A DNA stretch of 64,000 bases from Clostridia bacterium (lineage in GTDB: Bacteria; Bacillota; Clostridia; JAAYHZ01), in NCBI GenBank assembly GCA_050950825.1, contig JBMNIH010000004.1, forward strand, positions 384,001-448,000, given 5' to 3'. Of this stretch, positions 10,354 to 21,475 are shown in pieces. Position numbers and translations under genes: made by a program. The notes under the pieces are model-generated. The model was not told the DNA's origin and did not search any database. It saw nothing but the letters and a program-made list of their open reading frames with translations. Every line of letters starts with the position of its first letter. Position 1 is the first letter of the stretch.

Positions 10354-10560
10354 CGATTCCTTTTTCTCTTTTTGCAGACAAGTCCGAATAAAAAAGAAAG
10401 ATTTTATAAATTTCTACTAAAAATCAAAAAACCAATATTCTATTTTCAAATATATGGTATAATTAAGATATTCAATCGGGACTTTTTATCCTGTCAAAAG
10501 ATAAGGCCGTCTATTCTTCGGTAGGGAAACAACTTCAACACATTGGAAAGGAAAAATGTC

Positions 10561-12122
10561 ATGAGCAGAAGGTCTTTCTTATGTATTCTGTCGGTTTTTA
10601 TTGTTTTGTCGCTCTTATCCGGTTGCGAAACCGGAGACGATAGATCGACGTCATTGTCCGAATCCTCGACCTCGGAAACTCTTCCGATTGTTATGGAAGA
10701 ATTGCCTCCAATCGATATTACGATGGGATTGGTGACATATGTGTATTCGTCGAAACCGCTTTCCGTGCCCGGTTATGCTTCCAAAGTCGATGAGATGCTT
10801 GCAAAACTCAACAAAAAAGCCCAAGACGACGGACTTAATATTACATTGAAAATCAAATGGCTGCCAAAGCCATATGATTTGGAAGCGGCAAGGGAAGGGG
10901 GCGACGATTACGATTGCGATGTTTATTATACGTCGATAGAGCAGGCACAGGAGTTGTTCGAGGAAGGCTATATATTACGCCTGAATGACTTGGTAAAAGA
11001 AAAGACTCCTGACTATTATTCCATGCTGATGACAAGACCGTACATGAAAAAAGCATTAGGCATTGACGATTACGACGAATTCCCTCTTTGTTTCTACCCT
11101 CCAACCGTGTAGGAAGCAATATCTATTATGTAATGATGGAAAAGGAAATCGCTGAAAAATACGATATTAAAATATCTTCTATTGAAGATTATGTCGATGC
11201 ATTGGGAAAAATTAAAGAAGGAGGCGAGCCGAAGACTCCCGGGAACTTCAATACATTATATTTCTTGGATGAATATATGAGAGATCGAGGATATTATCAA
11301 TTTCTTTCGGTTCTTTTCTATGCAAAGTACGACGATCCTTCCTACAATGTGTATTCCGCGGCGGATGTCGATGATTTTTATCAGCTAATGGAATTGCTCA
11401 AGCGTATCTTCAGTGAAAAATTCGCGGAAGACAGTATTGATATCTATAAAGCCTTGGCGTTGGGGCAGACCTCTTCGATTATCGACAATCCGGGTTTGTG
11501 GATGACGACAAAGTATACTTTTCGAAAAGACAAAGAATATGCCGTGTTTCCCTTAACCTCGAACAATGATTATCTTCGTTTGGGAAGCGGTTTGGTTATC
11601 GGTTCAAGCGCTCAAAATCCGGAGCGAATCATGACCTTCATTAATTGGCTGTATTCGGATCAAGAAAACATGGATATTTGGCTATACGGAGGATTTGAAA
11701 ACGAGAAAAACGATTTTTATACTCTTGACGAAAAAGGCCGTATTCTTTACAACAAGCCTACCGATCCGTTTTACGAATGGTTGGGAACTGCGGGTGATAT
11801 TTTGTTCGATATGCGTTTGGCTCGTGTTCCCTATTATTTGCCCGAAAACTTCGTCGAAATCTATGAAGAATCGCTTAATAAAACGACATTGGAGAAAAAA
11901 TTATCGAATCCCTCGTATATGCTCGAGCCCGGTACTCCGGAATACGAAGACTGGTCGAAGCTCGGGGATTTGAGCCAATACAATCCCTTGATACGTACAT
12001 TTTGGCAGGTTTGTACGGATCCGAAATTCGATGTGAATGGGTTTATAAAAGAGATGAAGAGCGCCGGTTTGGATGATATAGCGAAAAAAATGTCGGATTT
12101 TCTCAATGAAGCATTGGAATGA
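10561..12122 (+). pseudogene. Extracellular solute-binding lipoprotein, frameshifted near 11090-11110
   Basis: Signal peptide with lipobox LSGC. ORFs 10543-11112 and 11088-12122 overlap with a -1 shift; the second half has SBP-like SSAQNPERIMTFINWL and KEMKSAGLD. Confidence 0.7.
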
Positions 12123-12151
12123 TATAACATAAAAAATATTATCTATATATA

Positions 12152-12182
12152 AAAACAGGGCAACGGAAAATTGCCCTGTTTT
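12152..12182 (+). terminator. Intrinsic terminator
   Basis: AAAACAGGGCAA-cggaaaa-TTGCCCTGTTTT. Confidence 0.8.
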
Positions 12183-12292
12183 GCTATTTGAATGGCAATG
12201 CGCCCGCCCTTATGCTATAATGTCCTAGTTGTGTTATAATGATCTTTAATTTATGACAGTCCACAGAAATGAACGAGGAGGAAGTCCTGTAA

Positions 12293-13186
12293 ATGACAAA
12301 TCAACTGACTCATTTGGACCGCTTGGAATCCAAAAGCGTCCATATTATTCGCGAAGCCTACAGCAGCTTTAAGAATCTATGCATGCTGTGGTCAATAGGA
12401 AAGGACAGCACGGTTTTGCTGTGGCTGGCTCGAAAAGCCTTTTTCGGTCATGTTCCTTTTCCTTTGGTTCATATCGATACGGCATTTAAAATACCGGAAA
12501 TGATCGAGTACAGAGATCGATTGGCAAGAGAATACAAGCTGGACATGATATACGGTATCAACGAAGAAGCCATTAAGGCGAAAAAGACCTTCCCGGACGG
12601 CGACTGCTCTCGTATCGAGTGCTGCAGACGCTTAAAGACCGAAGCATTGAGAAACACGTTGGCGGGAACATGGAAAAGATATCGTATGAACAAGGATACC
12701 GGTTTGTACGAAATCGATACCAACACCGAACCCTTCACCGGTGTTATTGTAGGCGTAAGAGCGGATGAAGAAGGAAGCCGCAGCAAAGAGCGCTATTTTT
12801 CACCGAGAGACCGCAACAACGATTGGGACATAGGAGACCAGCCTCCGGAATTTTGGAACCAATACAAAACCGACTTTGCACCGGGTACCCATGTTCGTAT
12901 TCATCCTTTATTGGATTGGACGGAGTTGGATATTTGGAAATACATACAACGTGAAGGGATCCCCACCGTTTCACTTTACTATAACCAAGGGAATGGCAAG
13001 CGCTACCGTTCTTTGGGATGCTGGCCTTGTACAAGCCCTATCGAGTCCAACGCTTCCACCGTTGCGGAAATTATCGAGGAGCTGGAAAGCGGAAAGCTGA
13101 GTAATATCGCCGAGCGTTCAGGCCGTGAACAGGATAAAGAAGACGGAGGCGGCTTGGAAGATTTAAGAAGAGACGGATATATGTAA
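12293..13186 (+). CDS. cysD: Sulfate adenylyltransferase subunit 2
   Basis: [46 protein letters not shown]. Confidence 0.95.
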   Translation: MTNQLTHLDRLESKSVHIIREAYSSFKNLCMLWSIGKDSTVLLWLARKAFFGHVPFPLVHIDTAFKIPEMIEYRDRLAREYKLDMIYGINEEAIKAKKTFPDGDCSRIECCRRLKTEALRNTLAGTWKRYRMNKDTGLYEIDTNTEPFTGVIVGVRADEEGSRSKERYFSPRDRNNDWDIGDQPPEFWNQYKTDFAPGTHVRIHPLLDWTELDIWKYIQREGIPTVSLYYNQGNGKRYRSLGCWPCTSPIESNASTVAEIIEELESGKLSNIAERSGREQDKEDGGGLEDLRRDGYM

Positions 13187-13218
13187 AAACGAATTGTAAA
13201 GTTGAAGGTGAAAGATTT

Positions 13219-15066
13219 ATGAGCTTAATAAAAGAAACATTAAAAGCTGAGGTCAGTCAGCGTGAATTTATGAATATCGTTATCGTAGGGCATGTGGATC
13301 ACGGAAAAAGTACCGTCATCGGGCGATTGCTGGCGGATACGGATTCGCTGCCCGAAGGTAAGCTTGAACAGGTTCGGGAAAATTGCAGAAGAAATTCGAA
13401 ACCCTTTGAGTATGCCTTTTTGTTGGATGCTTTAAAGGACGAGCGATCCCAAGGAATTACCATTGATGCGGCTCGTTGCTTTTTCAAATCGAAAAAACGA
13501 AACTATCTCATTCTCGATGCTCCGGGTCATGTGGAATTTTTAAAAAACATGGTCACCGGCGCCTCCAACGCGGAAGCGGCGCTTTTGGTTATCGATGCGA
13601 AGGAAGGAATCATGGAAAATTCCACAAGACACGGGTATCTGCTTTCCATGTTGGGGATTCGACAAATTGCCGTATTAGTAAACAAAATGGATTTGGTGGA
13701 CTACGACCGATCCGTTTACGAAGATATCAAGAAGAACTATTCCGATTTTTTAGAAAAGATAGGTATTAAAGCATCGTGTTTTATACCTGTTTCCGGGTTC
13801 CAAGGGGACAACATCACGGAACGATCGGAGAATATGCCGTGGTACGACGGGGATACCGTGTTAGAGCGTTTGGATTTATTTGAAACGGCGGGTCTTCCCA
13901 TAGACATGCCCTTCCGTATGCCGGTGCAAGGCGTGTACAAATTTACGCAAGACGGAGACGATCGAAGGATCGTCGCCGGAACCGTAGAAACCGGAAAGCT
14001 AAAGGTAGGAGACACGGTCATTTTCTATCCTTCCGGAAAGAAAAGCAAGGTGAAGACCATCGAAGCGTTCAATGCACCTGCACCGGAGATTTGCATACCG
14101 GGCATGGCCACCGGCTTTACATTGGAGGACCAAATCTATATCACCCGCGGAGAAATTGCCACAAAAGCCGGAGAACCTCCTTGCCGTATCGGAAGAAAAA
14201 TCGTGGCGAATGTTTTTTGGCTGGGAAAAAACAGCTTGGTTAAGAACAAGGAATACCATATAAAAATCGGAACGGCGAAAGCAAGTGTCCGTTTGGACAA
14301 AGTGGTAAAGGTCTTGAACGCTTCCGATTTATCCGACAAAACGAAGGATTATGTGGAAAGACATGAAGTAGCCGAATGCATTTTCGAACTGGCAAAAGAC
14401 ATTGCATTTGACTTTAATCATGAAAACCCGGTAACCGGTCGCTTTGTCATCGTGGACGAGTACGAAATTGCAGGAGGCGGCATCATTGTCGATCAGGTCA
14501 AGGACAAATACAGCAAGGTGCGGGATTATGTGGTGATGCGAAACATCAAATGGGAAAAGAGCATCATCGGACGGGATTTAAGGTCCATCCGGTACAAGCA
14601 AAAGCCCGCATTGGTCATTATTACCGGGAAAGAAGAAGCGGACAAGAAGGAATTGGCCCGCGAAGTGGAAAAATTATTGTTTGACAACGGCGAATTCGTC
14701 TATTTCTTAGGAATCGGTAACGTGGTCTACGGCGTTGACGCGGACCTTAAGGCCAAGCAGCAAGACCGGTCATTAAAGGACCCCAACCGATTGGAGCATA
14801 TACGAAGATTAGGAGAAGTAGCCAACTTGCTGTTAGATGCCGGGATGATATTGGTGGTTACGGCCGTGGAATTGACGGCGGAAGAAATCGATTTGATTGA
14901 TACCACCGTCATACCTCCTCACATATGCGTAGTATGGTTAGGGGATGAAGTAACGACGGATATCAAATACGATTTGAAGCTGTCCGAAGGGGATTACCGC
15001 AAAAACGCGGCCATTATACGCAAGCATTTGTGTGAAAGAGGCGTTCTGTTTAATCCTTCTATGTAA
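13219..15066 (+). CDS. cysN: Sulfate adenylyltransferase subunit 1 (GTPase) with degenerate C-terminal APS-kinase-like domain
   Basis: [34 protein letters not shown]; C-terminal domain resembles CysC ([17 protein letters not shown]) but lacks the P-loop. Confidence 0.92.
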   Translation: MSLIKETLKAEVSQREFMNIVIVGHVDHGKSTVIGRLLADTDSLPEGKLEQVRENCRRNSKPFEYAFLLDALKDERSQGITIDAARCFFKSKKRNYLILDAPGHVEFLKNMVTGASNAEAALLVIDAKEGIMENSTRHGYLLSMLGIRQIAVLVNKMDLVDYDRSVYEDIKKNYSDFLEKIGIKASCFIPVSGFQGDNITERSENMPWYDGDTVLERLDLFETAGLPIDMPFRMPVQGVYKFTQDGDDRRIVAGTVETGKLKVGDTVIFYPSGKKSKVKTIEAFNAPAPEICIPGMATGFTLEDQIYITRGEIATKAGEPPCRIGRKIVANVFWLGKNSLVKNKEYHIKIGTAKASVRLDKVVKVLNASDLSDKTKDYVERHEVAECIFELAKDIAFDFNHENPVTGRFVIVDEYEIAGGGIIVDQVKDKYSKVRDYVVMRNIKWEKSIIGRDLRSIRYKQKPALVIITGKEEADKKELAREVEKLLFDNGEFVYFLGIGNVVYGVDADLKAKQQDRSLKDPNRLEHIRRLGEVANLLLDAGMILVVTAVELTAEEIDLIDTTVIPPHICVVWLGDEVTTDIKYDLKLSEGDYRKNAAIIRKHLCERGVLFNPSM

Positions 15067-15156
15067 AGAGGACCGAGGGGCTTATATGGTAAAAGGTCGT
15101 ACACGGTGTACGACTTTTTACTTCAATTTGCATAAATTAAAAGCGGGGTTTATCGG

Positions 15157-15753
15157 ATGGATAAGGATAAGAATATCGTTTGGAGCAAGGACCAAGTCAG
15201 TTACGAAAGACGCTGCGAAATTTTAGGACAAAAAGGCTTGACGGTCTGGTTTACGGGGTTGTCCGGATCGGGCAAATCCACCGTTGCCATAGAGCTTCAG
15301 AAAAAATTAACGGAAGAAAATTTTGTCTGCTACCGTCTGGACGGAGACAATATTCGACACGGGTTAAACTCGGACCTTGGCTTCGGTGAAAAAGACCGGG
15401 AAGAAAACCTCCGCCGCATTGCCGAGGTGGCGGCTTTGTTTCAGGATGCCGGTTTGATAACGTTGGTATCCTTTATCTCGCCTTATGAAAAAATGAGGCG
15501 TTTCGCACGCTCGAGAACAAGAGAAAACGCTTTCTTGTTGGTATACGTCAAATCATCCTTGGAAACATGCATCCAAAGGGATGTAAAAGGGCTGTACAAA
15601 AAAGCTTTGGCAGGAGAAATATCGGATTTTACCGGAGTCTCGGCTCCTTACGAAGAACCGGAAAACCCGGATATCGTATTAGATACCGATGTATTGACCG
15701 TAGAGGAATGTGTGGAAAGGTTATACCGTCTGATTGTGGAAAAAGTCCGTTAA
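15157..15753 (+). CDS. cysC: Adenylyl-sulfate kinase
   Basis: WFTGLSGSGKST, LDGDNIRHGLNSDLGF, RDVKGLY, FTGVSAPYEEP. Confidence 0.96.
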   Translation: MDKDKNIVWSKDQVSYERRCEILGQKGLTVWFTGLSGSGKSTVAIELQKKLTEENFVCYRLDGDNIRHGLNSDLGFGEKDREENLRRIAEVAALFQDAGLITLVSFISPYEKMRRFARSRTRENAFLLVYVKSSLETCIQRDVKGLYKKALAGEISDFTGVSAPYEEPENPDIVLDTDVLTVEECVERLYRLIVEKVR

Positions 15754-15801
15754 GGATGATATATATTGAATTTTTTGCTTATTTCGAAACCCGGCCTCGT
15801 G

Positions 15802-15829
15802 TTGACTAAAATTCGGTACCGGTTATAAT
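15802..15829 (+). promoter_or_regulatory. Sigma-A-like promoter of htpG operon
   Basis: TTGACT-16-TATAAT. Confidence 0.55.
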
Positions 15830-15908
15830 TATTAATATTAACAAGAAATTATTTCATGTATATATACCATTATCTATCGTAAAGTGCTGTAAAAGGAGTG
15901 ATTTTTGA

Positions 15909-17786
15909 ATGGTAAGAGAAAAAGGGAACTTATCCGTAAATACCGAGAATATTTTTCCCATCATAAAAAAATGGTTGTATTCGGACAAAGACATCTTTTT
16001 AAGAGAAATTTTATCCAATGCAGTGGATGCCATTGAAAAACATAGAAGATTGGTAAGCTTAGGAGAAGCCGCAGGAGACGGCGGTGAATACCGTATTGAC
16101 GTAAAAGTCAGCAAAAAAAACAAAACCATCGAGGTTTCCGACAACGGAATCGGTATGACCGCCGACGAAGTGAAACGGTATATCAATGAGATCGCATTCT
16201 CCGGAGCGAAAGAGTTTTTGGAGAAATATAAAAACGATAAGGACGATTCCGGAAGAATCATCGGCCATTTCGGTTTGGGCTTTTATTCGTCTTTCATGGT
16301 TTCGGATAAGGTGGAAATCGACACCTTGTCTTACCAAGAAGGGGCACAACCGGTCAAATGGGCTAGCGACGGCGGGACGACCTACGAGATGGAGGAAGGA
16401 ACGAGAAAAAACAGAGGCACCACTGTTATCATGCACATTTCCGATGCCGATAAAGACATTTGTGAGGAGTACAAGGTCCGAGAAATTATTCAAAAATACT
16501 GCTCTTTTATGCCTTACGGCATCTATTTGACAAATGCGGACGATAAAAAATCGAAAGAGGATCAAAAGGAAGAAAAACCTTTGAATAATACTCGCCCTCT
16601 GTATATGAAAAATCCCGGAGATTGCACGGAGGAGGAATACAAGGAATTCTATAAGGAAGTATTCTTCGATTTTAACGATCCTCTTTTTTGGATCCATTTG
16701 AATATGGATTATCCCTTTAATTTGAACGGCATATTGTATTTCCCGAAGCTTAAAAACGAGTTCGAATTGAACGAAGGACGTATCAAGCTTTATTACAATC
16801 AAGTCTTCGTAGCCGACAACATCAAAGAAGTGATACCGGAATTTTTACTGCTGTTAAAAGGCGTTATCGATTGTCCGGACCTTCCTTTGAACGTATCGAG
16901 AAGCTTCTTACAAAATGACGGCTATGTTCAAAAGATTTCATCCACCATTACAAGAAGAGTGGCGGACAAGCTTAAATCTTTGTATAATAAGGAAAGAGAT
17001 ACGTATAACAAATATTGGGATGACATCCATCCCTTCGTGAAATACGGATGCATGCGGGAGGAAAAGTTTTACGATCGGGTCAAGGATATCGTCATATTTA
17101 AGACCTTATCCGATAAGTATTTGACGTTAGACGAATATTTGGATCAAAATAAAGATAAGCATAAGGATATCGTCTATTACGTCAGCGATGAAACCCAACA
17201 AGCCGGCTACATCAAGCTGTTTAAGGATATGGGCTTAGACGCCATTATCATGCCCCATATCATCGACAACCACTTCATGCAGTTCTTAGAAATGAAGAAC
17301 CATAATGTGAAGTTTAAGCGTGTAGATGCGGAGCTTGCTTCCGGCTTAAAGGGAGAAGAAATCGCGGCGGATGATAAAGAAGCGGCTTCGGAATACAAAT
17401 GCTTGGAAAAACTGTTTAAGGAAGCGACCGGCAACGACAAGTTAAAGATGAAGCTGGAAAACATCAAGAGCGACCAAATGACGGCTGTCATTCTGCAATC
17501 GGAAGAATCCAGAAGAATGAAGGATTTCGCTCGGTTATACAGCGGAATGAATATCCCTATACCGGAAGAGGACGATGAAACCTTGGTTCTCAACCGTAAT
17601 AACAAAGTGATCCGTAATTTGGTCCGTATGGCGGAGGACGAAAGCAAAAAAGAAACGGCGCTATTAATAGCGGCTCACGTATACGATATGGCTGTTTTGG
17701 GAAACAAACAGTTAGACGCAGAAAGGTTGAATAAGATTATCGAAAGGAGCAATATCATCCTTGGAAAAATCGCAGAAAGCGAATGA
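15909..17786 (+). CDS. htpG: Chaperone HtpG (Hsp90)
   Basis: LYSDKDIFLREILSNAVDA, DNGIGMT, IGHFGLGFYS, PLNVSRS. Confidence 0.96.
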   Translation: MVREKGNLSVNTENIFPIIKKWLYSDKDIFLREILSNAVDAIEKHRRLVSLGEAAGDGGEYRIDVKVSKKNKTIEVSDNGIGMTADEVKRYINEIAFSGAKEFLEKYKNDKDDSGRIIGHFGLGFYSSFMVSDKVEIDTLSYQEGAQPVKWASDGGTTYEMEEGTRKNRGTTVIMHISDADKDICEEYKVREIIQKYCSFMPYGIYLTNADDKKSKEDQKEEKPLNNTRPLYMKNPGDCTEEEYKEFYKEVFFDFNDPLFWIHLNMDYPFNLNGILYFPKLKNEFELNEGRIKLYYNQVFVADNIKEVIPEFLLLLKGVIDCPDLPLNVSRSFLQNDGYVQKISSTITRRVADKLKSLYNKERDTYNKYWDDIHPFVKYGCMREEKFYDRVKDIVIFKTLSDKYLTLDEYLDQNKDKHKDIVYYVSDETQQAGYIKLFKDMGLDAIIMPHIIDNHFMQFLEMKNHNVKFKRVDAELASGLKGEEIAADDKEAASEYKCLEKLFKEATGNDKLKMKLENIKSDQMTAVILQSEESRRMKDFARLYSGMNIPIPEEDDETLVLNRNNKVIRNLVRMAEDESKKETALLIAAHVYDMAVLGNKQLDAERLNKIIERSNIILGKIAESE

Positions 17787-18189
17787 GGTCCTTCTGATTA
17801 CCGTTAGAAATGACCTGCAAGCCGCTTTGGTTGAAAATTTATTAAAAGAGCAAAACATTTATTGTGCCAAAAGGCACTTACCTATGGGAGCAATCGCCTC
17901 TTTGTATACCGGTATGAGCAACTTGGGTATTGATATCTATGTGAACGAAGAGGACTTGGAAGCCGCAAAGGAGATTATCACCGTTTACGAGACGATGATC
18001 TCCGAAGAGGAATTGGAAAAACAGGTCTTGGAAAGTATAGAAAAAGAAGATGCGGAAACCTCTAAAAATGAGGATTCCGCATCGAATGATTATAAAGAGG
18101 CAGAAGGCGGAATCGGCAAGCCGTATCAATTTGCGGCGGGGCTTTTGCTCCTATTAATTATATTGCTGCTTTTAAGGATTCTAAGGTAA
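17761..18189 (+). CDS. DUF2007-like putative signal-transducing protein with C-terminal membrane anchor
   Basis: QAALVENLLKEQNI...IDIYVNEEDLEAAKEII pattern; hydrophobic C-terminus; overlaps htpG stop. Confidence 0.7.
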   Translation: MEKSQKANEVLLITVRNDLQAALVENLLKEQNIYCAKRHLPMGAIASLYTGMSNLGIDIYVNEEDLEAAKEIITVYETMISEEELEKQVLESIEKEDAETSKNEDSASNDYKEAEGGIGKPYQFAAGLLLLLIILLLLRILR

Positions 18190-18206
18190 GGTATGAATAT
18201 TATCAA

Positions 18207-19478
18207 ATGAAAAATATGAGAAAATATGATGTTTGTGTGGTGGGGTTAGGATATATAGGACTGCCTACGGCTCTTCTGTTTGCCAAATCCGGTAAAAAGG
18301 TGTTGGGATATGATATTTCCGCCGATACGGTTCAAAAGGTGAGAAACGGCGAACAGGGGAAGAATGAGCCTAATCTTAATGAATTATTAAAGGAATGCCT
18401 AAAAAACGGCAGTTTGACGGCCGATACCAAGCCGGATTTTGCCGATCTATACATTATCGCCGTTCCGACTCCTTTCAAAAACGATAAGGAACCGGACATG
18501 TCCTATGTACAATCGGCTTTCGAGGCCGTATTGCCTTATATCGAAAAAGGATGCTCCGTCGTTTTGGAATCGACATCACCGGTAGGTTCTACCGTCAAAT
18601 ACATTTGTGAACCCCTGGCTAAAAAAGGGTTCAAGCCCGGAGAAGATGTTTTCGTGGCTTACTCACCGGAGCGGGTTCTGCCCGGGAACATTTTGTTTGA
18701 GCTGGTTCATAACAACAGGATTGTGGGGGGAGTATCGGAAGAATCCTGTTTGAGAGTGAAGGAATATTACAAGCTTTTCGTAAAAGGGGATATCGAATTC
18801 ACCGATGCGAACACGGCGGAGATGTGTAAGCTTACGGAAAATGCATATAGGGATGTGAATATCGCTTTTGCCAACGAGATGGCGAAAATGTGCCAAGCTG
18901 CCGGCGTCAATGCTTGGGAAGTGCAGAAATTGTGCAATAAGCACCCTCGCGTCAATATTCTCATGCCCGGACCCGGTGTAGGAGGCCACTGCATCGCCGT
19001 GGATCCTTGGTTTTTGGTCAGCAGCTTTCCCGAAGCAACCCGGTTGATAGCGACAAGCCGAAACGTGAACGATTCCATGCCCCTTTTTGCAGCCGAACAA
19101 ATCGACAAAATATTAGGGGACACAAGCCGCAAAATATCGATTTTAGGGATTACTTACAAGCCGGATGTGGACGATGTTCGTGAAAGTCCCGTATTAAAGA
19201 TAGCGGAGATATTACGGCAAAAGGGATATGAAGTCGCCATTCACGATCCTCTTGTTGCACCGGGTAAGTATGCCAATACGGATTTGGAAGTATGCCTTCA
19301 AGATTCCGATATGCTTGTCATCGGGGTTAATCATAAAGCTTTTAAAAACTTGGATTTGCAAAAAGTATTTTCATTAATGAGAACCAAAGTTATATATGAC
19401 ACCCGAAACTTTATAGACAGAACCGAAGCCAATAAAGCCGGTTTTGCCTATTATCTGTTAGGTTGCGGAAGCGAATAA
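18207..19478 (+). CDS. Nucleotide-sugar dehydrogenase (UDP-N-acetyl-D-mannosamine dehydrogenase/WecC-like)
   Basis: GLGYIGLP, ESTSPVG, SPERVLPG, KLTENAYRDVNIAFANE, GVGGHCIAVDP. Confidence 0.9.
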   Translation: MKNMRKYDVCVVGLGYIGLPTALLFAKSGKKVLGYDISADTVQKVRNGEQGKNEPNLNELLKECLKNGSLTADTKPDFADLYIIAVPTPFKNDKEPDMSYVQSAFEAVLPYIEKGCSVVLESTSPVGSTVKYICEPLAKKGFKPGEDVFVAYSPERVLPGNILFELVHNNRIVGGVSEESCLRVKEYYKLFVKGDIEFTDANTAEMCKLTENAYRDVNIAFANEMAKMCQAAGVNAWEVQKLCNKHPRVNILMPGPGVGGHCIAVDPWFLVSSFPEATRLIATSRNVNDSMPLFAAEQIDKILGDTSRKISILGITYKPDVDDVRESPVLKIAEILRQKGYEVAIHDPLVAPGKYANTDLEVCLQDSDMLVIGVNHKAFKNLDLQKVFSLMRTKVIYDTRNFIDRTEANKAGFAYYLLGCGSE

Positions 19479-19493
19479 TAAAGCAGAGGTAAG

Positions 19494-21326
19494 TTGATGA
19501 TGCGAATGAAAAGGTACGATCGTAAGCGAAAGGGAAAAAGAACAGGAAAGAGCGAATTACCGAAATGGCTATGGGTTCTGCCCTTTTTCATTGGAGCCGG
19601 TATCGTTCCTGCCGTCGTACGAGGCAAAGTCGTCCGATTGTATGAAAAGGCTTTGGAGCTATGGCAAACCCAAGAGGGGCTGACATTTGATTTTTTCTCC
19701 TATCAAAAAGCCGTCTTTTTGGTATACGCCGGATTCATAGCATTGGCATTACTCATCTTCAAGAAAGTGAAAGAAGGGTTTTCGGATAACGATTACCGTC
19801 CCTATTTCATTCCGCTTGCGGCTTATGCTCTCTTCGTCATTTTATCCACCCTGTTCAGTCCGTACCCGAAAACATCCTTGAACGGTTTTCATAACCGGTA
19901 CGAAGGAATGTTGATGTTGCTGAGCTATATTTTACTCGCATTAGCCGCCATGCTTGTTTTGGACAAGGAGGAACGGATCAAGACGGTCTTATGGTTTATT
20001 GCAATTCCGTCTTTTCTCGTGACCGGTATCGGAGTGCTGCAGTTTTTCCGACTGGATCCGTTTCGTTCCGCTATCGGGCAATGGTTCATCATGAATGCTC
20101 GCATGTACGCCCAAAGAGATCTATTCTCCGTGGTGTTCAACCCCGGGCATGTTTATTCCACATTGTTTAATCCCAATTACGTAGGTAGTTATTGCGCCTT
20201 AATGATTCCCGTCTTTTGCGGATTGCTTATGTATGAAAAAAAGATTTGGAAAAAAGCTTTGCTTGTTATCGGACTTGTATTCGGAATCATCAACATATAC
20301 GGATCAAGGTCAACGGCAGGCTTGGTAGGACTGTTAGCCTTCGCAGCACTTACGGCCGTCTTTCTTTTGGCTTCAAGGCTTCGAAAGCATCCTGCAGCCA
20401 TTTTCTCTTTTATGACGGTATTCGCCGTGGCGGCCGGCTTGTTTTTGTTTGTCAACTTGACCGATTACAAAGGTTTGGGTGTGATACCGGATCTTAAAAT
20501 CGAGTATAGGGGAGACAATCCCGATTATATCCGTGATATTCAAATTTCGGGTTCTGCCATGGTTATCGACAGAGTAGGCGGGAAAATCGAGGTCCAAAAC
20601 AACATGGGGAAGCTTTCCTTTTACGATGATGCCAAAAAGCCGTTAGATGCCCATTATTACAACGGAAAGTATACTCTTGCGGATTCAAGGTATTCTCGTA
20701 TGGCATTTACGATATCGCCCGACAATATGAAGCTTACCGTCCATGTTTCGCCTTTATCCTCGTTTACCGTTACCATGGATGCCCACAACTTTTACGATTT
20801 TGTTGGTCCTTTGGATAAATCCGTTGCGATGGACAGACCGGCTTCTTGGTTCTTTGACGGGTATGAAAAGATCGGAAGCGGCAGGGGATACATTTGGAGC
20901 CGTTCGCTGCCTTTGATGTTTACAAAACGTCCCCTTTTGGGGACAGGTCCGGATACCTACGCTTACGTTTTCCCGCAAAATGATATTATCGGGAAGATGA
21001 ACTCCGGTTTTGATGATAACAAAATCTTGGTTGATAAACCGCATAACATGTATATACAGATCGGAATCAATACAGGTTTGCTTTCGCTGTTATCGATTAT
21101 CGTTTTGTTTGTTGTTTTCATCGTCCAAGCGTTTCGTTTGTATTGGAGAGCGGAGTCGAAGGACAGTCTCTTCTATTTGGGCATGTTCTTATCGGCGGGC
21201 TGCTTCGGGTATATGGTGACGGCTTTGTTTAATGACAGCACCGTTTCGGTGGCGCCTTTGTTTTGGGTTCTTTTCGGTTGTTCCGTTTCCATCGGCCATA
21301 TCCTTAAAAAACGGAAAGAGGCATAA
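19494..21326 (+). CDS. O-antigen ligase family membrane protein
   Basis: Many TM helices; STLFNPNY, GSGRGYIWSRS, GTGPDTY, DKPHNMYIQ. Confidence 0.85.
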   Translation: MMMRMKRYDRKRKGKRTGKSELPKWLWVLPFFIGAGIVPAVVRGKVVRLYEKALELWQTQEGLTFDFFSYQKAVFLVYAGFIALALLIFKKVKEGFSDNDYRPYFIPLAAYALFVILSTLFSPYPKTSLNGFHNRYEGMLMLLSYILLALAAMLVLDKEERIKTVLWFIAIPSFLVTGIGVLQFFRLDPFRSAIGQWFIMNARMYAQRDLFSVVFNPGHVYSTLFNPNYVGSYCALMIPVFCGLLMYEKKIWKKALLVIGLVFGIINIYGSRSTAGLVGLLAFAALTAVFLLASRLRKHPAAIFSFMTVFAVAAGLFLFVNLTDYKGLGVIPDLKIEYRGDNPDYIRDIQISGSAMVIDRVGGKIEVQNNMGKLSFYDDAKKPLDAHYYNGKYTLADSRYSRMAFTISPDNMKLTVHVSPLSSFTVTMDAHNFYDFVGPLDKSVAMDRPASWFFDGYEKIGSGRGYIWSRSLPLMFTKRPLLGTGPDTYAYVFPQNDIIGKMNSGFDDNKILVDKPHNMYIQIGINTGLLSLLSIIVLFVVFIVQAFRLYWRAESKDSLFYLGMFLSAGCFGYMVTALFNDSTVSVAPLFWVLFGCSVSIGHILKKRKEA

Positions 21327-21475
21327 AATCCATGAAAAGATGATACTGAAGAGGAAAATAAAAGTGATTCGATGAATTCGTAAAGTCAGGTAAAATAGAC
21401 TTGCGAAATTAAAAAGACCGGCATATGATATTATATGTCAAATTTCAAAAGATTGAGAGTACGGGGGAATATTAT

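Noticed and set aside
15780-15908. CIRCE heat-shock operator before htpG
   Set aside because: No TTAGCACTC-N9-GAGTGCTAA inverted repeat found.
16059-16802. 247-aa minus-strand ORF
   Set aside because: Antisense to htpG with no motifs.
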